From NCBI GenBank assembly GCA_010909165.1, contig VJWM01000007.1:372001-436000 (forward strand): 64,000 nt of DNA. The letters run 5' to 3'. This document shows positions 38,997-52,800 of the stretch, piece by piece (position 1 is the first letter of the stretch; every line of letters starts with the position of its first letter). This stretch comes from Anthoceros angustus. Lineage: Eukaryota; Plantae; Anthocerotophyta. The position numbers were made by a program, and so were the translations under genes. Under the pieces are notes generated by a model, which was given only the letters and a program-made list of their open reading frames with translations, searched no databases and was not told the DNA's origin.

Positions 38997-39718
38997 TCAT
39001 GTGGATATGAGGGATTTGGCTGGCGGTAAAGGAGGTAGTCGATTGATGAGAGAAGCTTGTCTAGCCAGTTCCTTGCTTTCCGCAATAACGCTGGATGTGA
39101 GCGGGTGCGTGGCGGAGGGCGCGAACTGTGAGTGCGGGAGGGAGCTGGCCAGCGCCAGGCGCGCAGGCACGATGTTCTGCCACCACAACTCGCTCAGCAG
39201 CCTGAAGATGAGGAGCCAGTATCGGCGGTCTCGTTCAATGGAGAAGAGCGCGGAGCCGTACTCGGGCGTGTACACCCACAGGTGCAGCCAGGGGCGATCC
39301 AGGATCTCTAGCAGACCCTGCGCCTGCGGCATGTAGTAGAAGGGCACGTTGAACCAGGGCGGCTTCTGGTACGGGCACTTCACCTCCAGAATGCCGCTGT
39401 CCTGGAGCAGGCCGTCCGGGGACGCTCCCAGCCAGTCGAGCAGGGGGTCGCCGGCCTTGTACACGCAGAAGCCTAAGCTGCGGTTCACCTGCTGGCCGGT
39501 GGCAGCCTCATAGTGCGCCACCCGCCCGGCTCGTGGAGGCTGCCCCACGCCATGGCCGCGTTGGCTTCACCTGGAACCGAGGCCCCGAGCACCTTCTCCC
39601 GCCACAGGGTCGCGCGCCCGTCCCTCCACATGCCCAGCGCCGACCCGAAGGCGCTGGCCGTGATCCGATCCCGCCGCACAGCGTGCCATTCCGCGCTGCC
39701 CTGTTCCATGTTCATCAT
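38997..39718 (-). CDS. YqaJ-like (lambda-exonuclease/PD-(D/E)XK) nuclease, intronless, interrupted by a 1-nt frameshift at 39522-39526 (pseudogene or sequence error)
   Basis: One frame gives MEQGSAEWHAVRRDRITASAFGSALG...LWREK...AMAWGSLHEP. The other continues VAHYEAATG...WLGASPDGLL...GILEVKCPY...PFYYMPQAQGLLEILDRPWLHLWVYTP. Only 5 nt separate the CCG(P) and GTG(V) codons. Confidence 0.85.
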
Positions 39719-40606
39719 GTCTAGGCAGACGGAATTGGTTGGAGTCAGTCAAGTATGGAATCACCAAGCAACTGGCATCACATGGAGGAGTGGACGAAAA
39801 GCACCTTTGCCTGTGCAGAGCGGTCGAACCAGCCGCCACCGCGGGCATGCTGCAAGCACCATGGCATTGGATTGCCAAGCTGCGAGCGAGCCTGCACTTC
39901 CTTCTATCCGCTGTCCCCACTCAGACAAGCTTTGTTTCCAACGATGCCTGCAAAAAGGGATGGCACAGTCGAACAGCCTCGCTCAACGCAGTTCGATCGC
40001 TTCGTCGAGCCCTAGTGTGAAGCGCACAACTGTCACAAATCCAGACCTAATCACGAATCTTAATTATGTAGCACCATGCAAAACGGTAGAGTTTACTTGA
40101 AAGCAGGGAGAGGGCTGGAAAGATGAGATAAAGAGGGGTATTGTAATACCCATTGGATTTGGCAACAAAGGATCTGCCTTCAACAAAACAGGGTGTTCGG
40201 AGGTGTCCTAAGTCTGTCAATGTTGTTCGGTTTAAGAACCTATGTTATTGCAGCACCTGAAGTATAGCGAACTCTCGGAAACTCAAATCGGACAGGAAGC
40301 CCGTCACCAACCGGACGGGATTTGCTAAGCCCTACAATTCTCTGAGACAAAGTACTTCCCTTTGGCAAAACAAAATATCTTCGGCATGACCTGGCTTTGG
40401 AGATCGCAATGAAAAATTGTCTAGACAATACCCTCCATACCCTCCACAGCATATAGCGAGAACAAAGTACAATCACCAGACGATGGGCACTCCACCCCAA
40501 GGCGCTTATTCGCATGTAATACCACAATTACCCACGCGATCAATGGCCTGGGGAGGTGTGTAATATAGACAGGCAATAGCCTGTGAAGCGTGGGTAGATC
40601 AAGCAG

Positions 40607-43600
40607 CTACCTCATACCGCCAAATTGCTGGTTTGGGTAGCCCCCCGTGCCATAACCCATCCAGGGAGTGGAACCCATGCTTGGACCCAAACCGCCTGCA
40701 GGACCTGCCCCAACAAATCCCGTCCCCATATGCATACCAACACCCATTGCAGAGGGCATTCCCACTCCATATCCAGGGCCCATCCCAACGCCCATGCCCA
40801 TCCCCATGTTGTATCCAGGGCCCATTCCCATTCCCATTCCCCCTCCACCTACAGCCCCGATGCCCCCCAGCGATGGACCTGGAGGAGCCGACAAATTGCT
40901 TGCTGCAGCAAGGCCTAACCCAGTTCCTGAACCCATGGCCTTGCCCATAGAGGTAGGCACAGACTTCTCAACCTTCTTTTTGACAGAATAAACAGAACTT
41001 GATTTGAGATCGATTCCCAATTCTGCCAATGGATTGCTTTTAGCTGTCATCGCAAGTAACAAAAATGATGTCAGGGAGCTGAGTAGAAATCAGACGAAGG
41101 AAGGACCCCAAATCCATTAAGGCCACACACCATCAAAGAAAGGCCAAAAAACGGCAGAACTCAGATCACTTACGTCCTTCTATATCAAGATTGACAAGAC
41201 CTGTGCTCAGAGTATCAGCCCACAACCTAGATTTTTGCTCAAACGGCTTCTTCTGCTTCTCGGAAATGGGTGGAGCTGGCCCTGCAGATACTGGTGGGAC
41301 TTGCTGGGTAGAAACTGACATGCTGGGATTGCTTCCACCAAAGCTACCCTCAAACGCACTGAATCCAGAGCCTCCAAACAAATTCTCCCCGCCATAACTG
41401 ACTGGAGCAGTCCCATTGGACGGCAGAGGAAACCCTGAACCTCCAGCAGAAGCTGAAGCAAAATGGTTTTGCGCTGGTGCACCACCAGCATCACTGGCTG
41501 GCACAGTGCCACTAGATGCCACGGGAGGCCCAAGCACAGAACCAGCAGGAATAAAGCCTCCACCAGAAGGTGGAGCAAACAGGTTCTGGGCTGTAGTCCC
41601 AAACATATCTGCAGAACCTGCAGATGCAGAACTTCCAGAACTCCCTGCAAACGGGTCTCCAGCTGTGTACTGCGTGCGAGTTCCAAAAAACCAAGGTTTA
41701 CTGACCCGAAAGAATGTACCACCCAGAAACTGTTGTAAACAGAAGAATGAAGACTAACATGCAAGTGCTGGCAGAGTTGCACCCATCAATAAAAACCAAG
41801 CTGTTATCCAAACATTCGTATCTAGATCAAAACACAGGGGTTGAAAGCTCCATTCATACTTTCACACACACCCAGAGTCTCAACCCTCGCAGCTGAAATT
41901 CTAATTTCTAGAAATGCACCGTCCATGATGCAAATAGCCAGATGTATGATAATTTGAACCACTGTTAAGTCTCCACCCATCACAACCTGTTGCATTTACT
42001 ACCTACTCATTTTTGATAACCTCATACAGTTATTCCTCCATCAGCCTTAAGTGACAGGAGAGTTTGTCTGCAACAAAACTCTTGTTAATGATGATCACAA
42101 ACAGATTCACAGTGAGAGACCATTTGAGACCATTTCACTTCGAGACCATTTGCTTGTTATTTAATCAAAAAAACATCGGTGAAGGACTATACATTCAGCT
42201 AGAACAGCAGGCAGCATGCCAGGTTATGACAGACAACACTCAGAAGGTCTACTGATGACTTCCCACCAACAATCCTGATGGTGTCCGCTAGTCAGCCACA
42301 GTAAGGACTGCATTCCCAAAATCGAAGCCATCGTGTAGCTCTTTAGTGATCAATCACAACACACCATAAATGACACCATACAATCAACCAGAAACCAACC
42401 CCACCAAGATCCCAATACACATCAAACAGATGCTCCGGAATGTTGAGCTACCTGGAGTTAGCCTGGCAGCGAGTAAAGGTAATGCATTTCTAGTATCTAA
42501 TGCAATGCTCACCTGACTTGAAGATAACGCTCCAGATGGTGGAGGAGCTGCCAGTTGTGGGGTAGGTGCAGGACCAGCTACAAATGCAGTTTGAAAGGGG
42601 GCATCTGAGAAAAGGTCTTCGACCCCACCAACAGTTTTAGGCACACTAGCAGCCTGAGGATTCTGACCAAACACATTATCTTCTGCTCGAGGTGCTCCCG
42701 TCGCTACAAACAGGTTGATGATGGGAAGGTTCAAACACAACAAAATTACAAATTAGCCCATCATCAATCAGTTCCATGGTACTCCTCACTGGACCTCTTG
42801 ACAAATCTGGTATCCTGCCTCATCAGCCAAAGACCAACCTTGCTAACAGTACCTACAAAGAAAAATGTCAATATCTGCAGCAAGAGGTATCTACCAGGTC
42901 CGCTGACACTCTGACGGGGGTTGAAATCATCAAAATCTTCATCCAGCTTGCTGGAGAAGAAAGAACCTCCAGTGGCAGGTTTGCTGCCCGCTGCAGTAGG
43001 GAGGTTCTGTGGCAGGCTTCCAGATGCTCGAGAACTTGAACTTGCTCTGGCTACTGCTGCAGCCAGGCCGCCCTCCCTGCAGGTGGAAGTGGTAAGTCTT
43101 AGTTCTGGGAGAGACCGACTTTTCCGAAATGAAACAGCAACAAAGTAACATTTAACATAACAATTGCAAAGAACTGCAATGAAGATCCTAACGACCTTCG
43201 TTCTTCAAATTGTCCCTGACTGGTATCATTTCCCAGATCTTCATAGTTCGGAGGAGTGTTGACTCTTCCCTTAGAGTAGCGCTGATCACTTCTCCTGAAC
43301 ATGAAAGGAGAGAACCAGTTCAATGGAATAGAAACTAAGACTGCTACACAGCTCAGAAAAGTATTGACATAGTTCCATAACCTAGTCCCAGCCCATACCG
43401 GTCATCTGGGGAGTAGTCCTCCGCTCTGCCTCCGGTCGCACCTCTGGTCAGACAAGGCAATGGTTAAGAAAATGCCTGAAGTTTTTCTCCAACCTCCTTC
43501 TCCATATGTGCAATTAGCACAGTGAAATTCTAACCTGTAAGAAGCACGGTCGTCATCTTCAAAGGAGCGATCCTTATCAACGGCATCGTACTTTTCTCCA

Positions 43601-45879
43601 CCATACTTTTCATTTTGGCGGTCACTGCCTTTCGCTCGAAAGCGGTCATCCTCGTACCTGTCCCGATCACTTACGTATCCTTCATCTTTACCAGAGCGGT
43701 CCCCATCCCGCCCATACCGATCATCCTCCCTCTGCCTGTCACCGTCTCTTTCTCTGCCAGTGCTGTATCGGTCATCATCCCTTCCCCCGTATCGACTAGT
43801 GGTACCATACCGTTCCTCATCTCGATCTCCACTGTAACCTCCACCAGTGCTAGAGTAAGAACTTGGCTTGAATATGGACCCTGTTGATGATACCCCACGA
43901 TACCTGTATTATCCGATCGAATATCAGCTGAAATTAACGAGTGACAACACCACACAGCAAAATCCTGCGTCTTGCTACTTACTTATCTCTATTGGCTGCA
44001 GCTTTCTGCCTTGCTTCTCGGATCTTCTCCTTGTCATTCAGAAGGGCAACAAGTGCTTGGGCCTTCTTCCTTACATTTATACCTTGATCTTTCCCACTCG
44101 GTTCCAGGTATTGAAAATCAACAAGAGTCTGAATCACCACCACAGAGTGCATTGGGTACAGTCTCCACTTCAGCAAAGAACAGTCTGACAGGTAGGCATG
44201 CTCAAGAGATATTACACCACAATATGACCATGTCATCCCTCACTAGTTCCAGCTACTATTGCCAAAGGCCAGTAGGCTTCTTTCCAAAGAAACAGTGCTG
44301 ACAAATGTAAGAGTGAAAAAAATATCATTGACCTGACGCATCCACCAAAAGTACCAGACACATCCATGTCAGCCACAGAATTCCATGAAGCCTGTCGTGG
44401 CATATTAAGCCCGACAAGAGATGGATGCTAAAAGTGCTGCGGTATGGAAAAATGTGTATGGTTCCATGTGCTCAGGGCACAAAGTCAGTATAGTGTGCAG
44501 AAGAAGCATTCCCCGGATCTCACCAACTTGCTAGCTAGTTTCCAGACCTAGTAAAAATACCTCACATCCAATATGCTTCGGTCTGTCATACAGGTACGTA
44601 GACCAAGCCAAGACAGCACCCAAAGCTAGACAGGGGACACTTATTTATGGGAATCCACGTATAACCACCATTTTTTGTTTGTTCAGTCAAGGCATTACCT
44701 GCACTTGGTAGGCATGCTCCGTGAATTCATCAATAATCCTCTCTGCTCCATTCGAAATGAGGAATTCCAGGAGTGTGAGTGCCTGACATGCCAGGAACAA
44801 TTAATAAGGTCATAACCAGCGAGCAAACCTGACAGAACAAAATGAAAAAAAACACACCTTGTAGACATGCCGCCAATTCTTTCCACTATCATTCAGGCGT
44901 TTCCACAAGATTCCCATGATCATTTGGTACTCGTTGCTGAAACAGACAAGGCAGATGTCACGCATGGTATCCATTTATTCAACTAGTTATGAAATACACA
45001 CAGCCCTGTTTATCCTCTGTCTTCACACAAGCCCACTGACAGAGAAAACAGAACTTTCCAGGCCTGATAATCCACATATTCCAATGCACGCCAGTAAGTA
45101 GGCCTGGAGCACCAGTGAGTACAGTGCATTGAGATCCCACAGCTTACAAGTTTCTTGTGGCTTGAGCGATATCTGCCATGAGAGTGCCATGGGGACCCCA
45201 CGGCTCATTGCTGGTTGCCTCAAGGACCTGCCAGGAAAAGGCCCGTCTTAAGATGCTTGCAAGCCAGGCTCCCACATAGCAATGCATGACAGAAGAACTT
45301 TTCAACAGAAAAGCCCAAGTCAAAAGTGTGTTCCGCCATCAACCACAATGAAACCTTTCCTTTCGCAGGGCAGGCCGAATGCAAGCCACAATGCTCATAA
45401 AAGTTAGCCACAAAGACATTTGTACAAGCTGCAAACTAACGTACTTTTTGCTCGATTTCAGGCACTTTCAAGACCTTCTTGTTCACCTCCCTCTTCCTGC
45501 ACAGTAAAGAAACCTAGCTCAGACCGCACCTTGCAGCACCGATGATCTAGCCCGGACCAGTCACCACTTGCACGAGATTCTTCCACAGGCAAGGAGTTGG
45601 CAAGTTGACGAGGACAAAGAAGCAGAACACTACAGAGAGAAATGCGCAACGCAGCAGCTGAACTGTGCTCTCAAAAATTTCAGATGCACCAACGGGCAAC
45701 GGAGCAACACCGCAGCTGACAAAGACCATCCTAAACCCAGCTTCCGACAGGGCGTGCCGCAGAGGCAGCGTCACAGGGACCCAAACATCACACATAGTAC
45801 GAATAAACGACAAGCAAGGTGAGCGCTGATATCCTCACAGTTCTCTCACAGTCTGATCGAGCACTTTCTTCAAATCCAT
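40607..45879 (-). CDS. EPSIN2: Clathrin interactor EPSIN2/3-like ENTH-domain protein
   Basis: [14 protein letters not shown]|[17 protein letters not shown]|[26 protein letters not shown]...[21 protein letters not shown]...[45 protein letters not shown]. Later [23 protein letters not shown] and a Met/Gly-rich tail ending QQFGGMR*. The paralogue number is uncertain. Confidence 0.92.
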
Positions 45880-46869
45880 TGCTCCGCCACAGCCCTCCTG
45901 AACATCCAACAAACCAGTCAGCGCAGCCGACCGGCACTCCCGCTCAATCTGAGATCCCCTCAATTCCGTCACAACACCAGATCCGGCAAGAACCCTCCAC
46001 AATCCACAATCCCCAAATTTGAAATACCAGCCAGACGCCTCCAAAGAACGAGATCCGGCCCGCACTAACCTCACGGCAGGCGCTCCAGGCGCACCCTACA
46101 GGAAGTCAGCAAACGACGGGCAGGTTCATGGAAGAAGCCCGCCAGCATCCCCCACCCAGTTGGCGAACCGGCCAGCCCGAGCACCGGCCCCCGGCCCTGC
46201 GCTGCGTTGCGAGGATGCAAACTGGGGAGCCGAGATCTGGAGAGCTGCCCTGCAGGCTGCGCCCAGTTTCACCGCGAGGAAGAGAAGTAAGCCAGGACGT
46301 CCATTACATGCGCAGTTAGGTGGGCTGAGGCTGAGCTCTCCAATGCACTTGTGGTGGATGATCCAGGACGGACGGGCCTGGTTGTCGTCACGACCAGCCA
46401 GCTGGCCTCCTCAAGCCGCTGGGATGTCTGTTTTACATACAAACACGAGCCTGACAGAAATGCCAAGTAGTACCTTCTGCAACGTTGCCCGTCCAGTAGT
46501 TGGGCCCGCAGTTTGGAAATTAAGAACGTTATAGTACGCGTATTAGGAATTTGGTAGAGAGTAGCGTGGGAAATTAGTATGTACCTATTTTGTACATTCA
46601 GTTCTCCACTGTAGACGTACAGTACAGCACTGGAGTGTGAAGAGGCGGACATTTGAAACGAGTCCGACATAGCGTTCCCTCGCCTGGCTGGGAGGCTGGA
46701 AGACGTCTCCACTTTCATCAGTGCAGTGGCCTGCGCCTTGGCGCGCGCGATCCCCAAATGGTCGGGCTTGCAAGTCGCGGCCTCCTCGCAATGCAATGCA
46801 GCAGGGTTCGGTAGCTTGAGAGGACCGACCCCGCCTGCTGCCGAGACGCGTCTCCTGGCCGCATTGGCG

Positions 46870-49800
46870 ATGGAGGAGGCCATCGAGCAACTGGGTGCCA
46901 AGGACACCAAGGAGCGCATGGCCGGCGTGGAGCGGCTCCAGACGCTGCTGGAGCAGAGCCGGAAGGGCCTGTCCGCGCAGGAGGTGGCCACTCTCGTCGA
47001 CACCTCCTTAGGTCTTCTGCGGGACAACAATTTCCGCGTCTGCCAGGGCACTCTTCAGGCGCTGGCATCAGCTGCAGCGCTCGCGGGAGAGCACCTCAAG
47101 CTGCATTTCAATGCGCTGCTTCCGGCCATAGTGGAGCGGCTCGGGGATGGGAAGCAGCCTGTGCGGGACGCTGCGCGTCGGCTTTTGTTGGCGCTCATGG
47201 AGGTACTGCGCGCTGTCGGCATTAATGTTGCCCGTTCTGTATTTTTGTCAGCCGATCGAGGGGGCGCACATTGGTGCTTGTGTTGGACGGAAGGGATGGG
47301 ATTGGATGGCATGGGATGGGATGGGATGGGATGGTCGCCCTCTTTCTGCTTGTGCATCTGGACTTGGCGTCGCTGGCTGTACTACCGAATTCGTCTCATT
47401 CGCATTGTCGGAGGGGTAGCGCACTGCTCCGCATGTCGTAGGATTTTATCGTCTCATTACTTACTCTGAGGGCGGGCATTGCTGTATGTGTGAGGTTTTC
47501 CGGAGAATTCCCACCCTGTGTTGTCGTGGACTTCATTTGACCTAGACATCCTTTGTAGCTGTACCCGGTCTCCTTCGACATCCTGACCTGAATCAGCGTT
47601 CTTGCTGCTGCAATAGATTGCATCCCGTCTGGGTGGCTGTATAGAGTGTTTTATGAGCGGTCGCTGAAGCTGATGGGGCCTGAGCACTGGTACATTGCGT
47701 CCTATCCCTTACTCGAACCTTTCATAAGCGACGCTGGTGCCAGCCTGCCCAAGTGGAAAAATGCCTCTTTCATTCATGTGCCATTGCTGGATACTTACGC
47801 AGAGCGCTTGTCTCCATGTGCCATTGTTACCCGCTCATCTTGATCAAAATTCACAGTATCTGATGCCATTGCTCTTGTTTCAGATTTCATCACCCTCTAT
47901 AGTGGTAGACAGAGCCGGAAGCTACGCATGGTCCCACAAAAATTGGAGGGTCCGTGAAGAATTCGCACGCACAGTGGCGTCCGCCATCAACCTCTTTGCC
48001 GCCACAGAGCTCCCTTTTCAGCGGCTGCTACTGCCTTCCGTAATTCGTACTTCCCTTCAGATTTTCTTGGTTCACTTAGACTTTGATGGTTGAGCACGAT
48101 ATTCGTGGTCTGTTCATGTGGAATCCGGAGTGGACCTGCATCTCGAATCTGATGGGACCACCTGTTTTGGCAGGTCTTACAACTTTTGGAGGATTCAAAC
48201 AGTAGTGCAAGAGAGGCAGCTATATTGTGCTTGGAGGTACTTCTTTTCCTATCTATCTGACCTATACATGATGGAGACCGGAGCAAAACTCTTTTCCCGA
48301 AATGTATTTCCCGTTTGGAGCACTTCTGTGAGCAGATGTTTGCAGTTTTACAAGTACGCTTGTCAACCGCTTAGAGTTCCTTGTTAGCCCATCAGGAAAT
48401 GTATCGGCAAGGTGGGTCCCAGTTCAGGGAGGAGCTCCAACAACATCACCTACGACCAGCACAAGTAAGAGGGAACCTTCATGACACACCTAGTTGGAAT
48501 CGTTTGGTCGAGCAATGTCAGTCCATCGTCAGCACCCTGTACTTTTGCAAGTGGCAAACACTGGATCCATCGAAGATTCTTCATATCTGTGGCTTGTTAT
48601 TCCGGAAGGGTATCAGATGGAGACTTACATTGACGTTTCCCATGATACTAGTCACAAAGATGAAGAATCCTTGTTGGAACTAGTATTGTCTCTATGCTGC
48701 GTGGTTTCTTCTACCCTGGAACTGGTCCTGTGGACCTAAGAGACAAGGTTACTGTCTGTCATTGTAATGGTGTTTCTGCCTTTGTACAGTTGAGAGACAT
48801 AAGCTCAAGATTTGAAAAAATTGAGCCCAGGATGCGGTCATTGGATGTGGTACCGTTGCAGTATGCTGCGACAACAGAAGTAAAAACTGGTAATTTGAAC
48901 TCTGCTGGGAGTAACAGACGTTCAAGTCCAAAACAAAAATCTGCTGTTGATGTATCATTGGCTGGAGGTAGGTTTCTTTGTCTTGTATCTCTGGGTTGAC
49001 GTGCTCTTTGTTGGTGTCTCTTGGAGAGTGTTTAGAACGTTATAGCTCCTTGGTACAAGGTCTTTCATCTGTGAGAAATTAGAAAGTACGCTTCTTGCTC
49101 TGAAAGCCATGTGTCATTGGAAAAGGTGATCTGGACGGAGTGGACAAGCCTGTGGAGCCTGTTAGAATTTACTCAGAGAAGGAGCTTGCAAAGGAGATTG
49201 AGAAAGTAGCTGGCATTCTTACACCTGAGCGTGACTGGTCAGCAAGAATAGCAGCAATGCAGAGAATTGAAGGTCTTGTTTATGGAGGTGAGCAGGCAAT
49301 GAAAGAAGACTCTATTTGATATCAACACATAAACTATACTACGGGTAGTCTATATCGTGGTATGAAGTCTTATTAGTTGAGGTTCCTGACTTCCTGTGGT
49401 TCACAGGTGCCACTGAGTATCCCAGCTTTCCTGGTCTACTGAAGCAGCTTGTCGGGCCCCTCTCAGTGCAACTTTCTGACAGGCGCTCTAGTATTGTGAA
49501 GCAGGTACTATTATGATGTATGTGGTTGGGCTCTGAATTATTCAGAGCCATATTTCACTATTTGCCTGTTGTGCTTCAGGTATCTTCTGCTGTGGAATTG
49601 ACAGGTCAACAGGAGCAACAGACTGTCTTTTTGAGTTCATACTCATGCATGTTTGCTGGTCATATTTTTTTAGGTGTGCCATCTCCTTAGCCTGCTATCA
49701 AAGGAGTTGTTATCTGATTTCGAGCAATATGCCGAGTCCTTCATTCCGGTTTGCCCTTTTTCCTGTAACAGTTTGTGTTAACCTTGTTCTTCTTTCTCCT

Positions 49801-52800
49801 TTCCTTGCATCTGCCTTTATCCAAACTTAAGACATAGTGGACTGTCTTTTTAGGTTCTGTTTAAGCTGGTTGTGATCACAGTGCTTGTCATTGCGGAATC
49901 AGCTGACTCCTGCATAAAAACGGTGAGTATTTCCAGTGCAGGAGCCATAGTCTATCAGTGCTTATTTCTTCCCTTTTCCAGAATTGGTAGCTGCATTCTC
50001 ACAAGTCATCCTTGCTAGATCATGCATGCAGATGCTACGGAACTGTCGGGTCCAACGGGTTCTTCCACGAATTGTCGAGAGCGCAAAACATGATCGGAAT
50101 GCAGTTCTACGAGCTAGGTAGTCTGTTTGTCTCCATTCTGTTTGGAGTTGAAGGCATGGTGACCGTCTTTGCTGAGGACAGACTCTGTTCGTTCTGCAGA
50201 TGTTGCGAATATGCCTTGCTTGTTCTAGAAGAATGGCCAGATGCCCCAGAGATACAACGCTCCGCTGATCTGTATGAAGATCTCGTGAAGTGCTGCACTG
50301 CAGATGCAATGAGTGAGGTGTGCACCTAGTTTCTTTCATGTTTCCATTCATGTTGTTTCTAGGCCAACTTAGAGAGTGATATGGTCTTACTGAAGCAAGA
50401 CATTGACAGAACAAGTTTACATTGGTTTTTATGTATTCACATAATAATATAATTTTCGTGTGGATTCTTTCTAGGTTCGAGCCACAGCAAGACAGGTGTA
50501 CCGATTGTTTACAAGAAGTTGGCCAGAACGATCCCGTCGCCTTTTTCAACTGTTTGACCCAACTGTTCAACGAGTAAGGATACCTTACTAAGCACATGAA
50601 CCTTTTGATGCCTCTCATTGATACAACATATATGACTGGTTCTGCTGAGGCAGAAGGGTAGGGTATCATGATGTCCTCATAATGTCCTTTCCCAGCTCGT
50701 TGCCCTCTTTCTAATGCCATTACACATCTCCCTTACTTAGACTGGGGTCATTTCTATTGGACAGGTCATCACTGAAGAAGAGGGAAATTTGCAGAAGCGA
50801 TATGCCTCACCTGCACGTCGGGATAGAGCGTTGCTTCCAGTACGGCAATCTGTTCTGTCCGGGATACCTTCAGGTGGTTCTTCTGATCAAGGTGTGGCCG
50901 CGTCAGCTCAGATCAGTGGATCAGGTTCCAGAAGTTTAGAGAGTGTTCTACATGCCAGCCAACAGCAAGTAAATGCTATTGAGACTTTGCTCAGAGGTGT
51001 GGATATTTCAGAGAAAGGTTTCTCCTCTGCGCCAAGGCGTGTCGACGAGAGAGAACTAGGTGAATGCGCTAACATTGGGATTTTCTGTTTGCTGCAATGG
51101 AATTTGTTCATGCAGCTCTATCTTTCAGTGTCAGAGGCTGATCTGTGTGCTGACTTATTGTGTGATTGTAGTGGGTGGGAGTTATCGGAAAATCCATGCT
51201 GCAGCCAGTGCCATGCGTGTTGGTGTTGATCCACCTTCTGCTCGAGACCCACCCCATCCAGCATCCGCACCAGCTCTACTCCAGGGCACTCTGCGAGCAT
51301 CATCTTTTACAACTGGACCTGTTGCAGTTGCTTCAAGTAGTAACCTGGGTCATTTGCAGATTAGTAGCTCCATTGACTCCAGCAAGGGTGCAGGTTCTGT
51401 TACCAGCTTTAGTCGGGAAGGAGTGAGTGCAGCCAAACGTGTTCCAATGACCAGTGATCGATCAAGTCAAGGGGGGTTCAATCCTGAGGGATTGGAAGGG
51501 AGGGGCCCTAAACGCCTCCCCAAAGCAGAAACGCAATTTGAGAAGACAGGAGCTGATCATGCATTTAGCTCCTTGCCAGGTTTTCAACGGCCTCTCTTGA
51601 GGTCAACTGTCTCAGGAAGGTCACTGGGCAGCAGTAGGAACAGTGTAGACGATAACCAGCTGGTTGGTGGCATCAATACGTTTGGGGAGATGTTTAATTA
51701 TATGGATGGGCTAATGTCTTTGACTGATGCCTTGACTGAAGGACTGAGCGCCGGCGCAGATTGGTCAGCTCGAGTTGCTGCGTTCTCATATCTGAAAAAG
51801 CTTCTCCAGCAAGGAGCCAAAGGTGTCCAGGAGGTTGTCCAATGTTTTGATAGGGTTATGAGCTTATTCTCAGAACACCTAGATGATCCCCATCACAAGG
51901 TTGCCCAAGCAGCCCTTTCAACCCTTGTGGAGCTTGTGCCTGTTTGCAGAAAGCCATTCGAAGCTTACCTGGAGAGAATCATTCCTCATGTTTTTGCAAG
52001 ACTGGTTGACTCGAAGGAGGTCATTCGACAGCTTGGCACTTCAGCTCTAGAAATTGTTGGCAACACCTACAGTATTGACTCCCTTCTGCCTGCTCTGCTG
52101 CGTTCTCTCGATGAGCAACGCTCTCCTAAGGCAAAGATAGCTGTGATTGAATTTGCTATAGCATCGTTTGCTAAATTGGCACTCAATGGTGAGGCCGCAG
52201 GAGGTAGCGGGCTCTTGAAGCTTTGGCTGGCAAAGCTGGCTCCTCTAGCAAATGAAAAGAATCCCAAATTGAAGGAAACTGCTGTGACAGGAATTATATC
52301 TGTGTACTCCCATTTTGACTCCACCACAGTACTGAACTTTATTCTTGGTCTGTCTATCGAAGAGCAGAGTGTACTAAGGCGATCACTGAAGCAGTACACT
52401 CCAAGGATTGAAGTTGATCTTATGACATATCTACAGAACAGGAGTCAGCGGATCAGACCGAAGTCTAATAGTGACCAGCCTGATCTATCATTACCAACTT
52501 CAGATGAAGGTTTTGGACGGGGATATGGAGGGCAAATGAAGATGCAAGTGCCCTCATCTGGTTCGTCCAGTGTCAACAATGTCAGGAAATGGAGCTCGGT
52601 GCAGTCCGATCCTGCATATGCTGGGAATCTCACAAGCCACTCGCCTGCATTTGATGCAAGCAATATTCACCATGGGTATCGTGAAGTTGCAGGTGAATTG
52701 GATGAACAGTTTGTCCTGAGAAAGGAGAAAAATGACATGAATGGAATCAGTGGCACTTCTGGGCGGCCGAGACACTGGTCTGACCAGGGGCAAAACATCC

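Noticed and set aside
39515-39535. Programmed -1 ribosomal frameshift in the YqaJ gene
   Set aside because: There is no X XXY YYZ slippery heptamer; an indel is the simpler explanation.
37788-39718. Bacterial contamination or prophage insert
   Set aside because: The 3D gene has five spliceosomal introns and is tightly interleaved with plant genes. No operon structure or phage genes are visible.
46726-46869. N-terminal extension of CLASP
   Set aside because: It starts at GTG, while the conserved plant CLASP start MEEA is at 46870.
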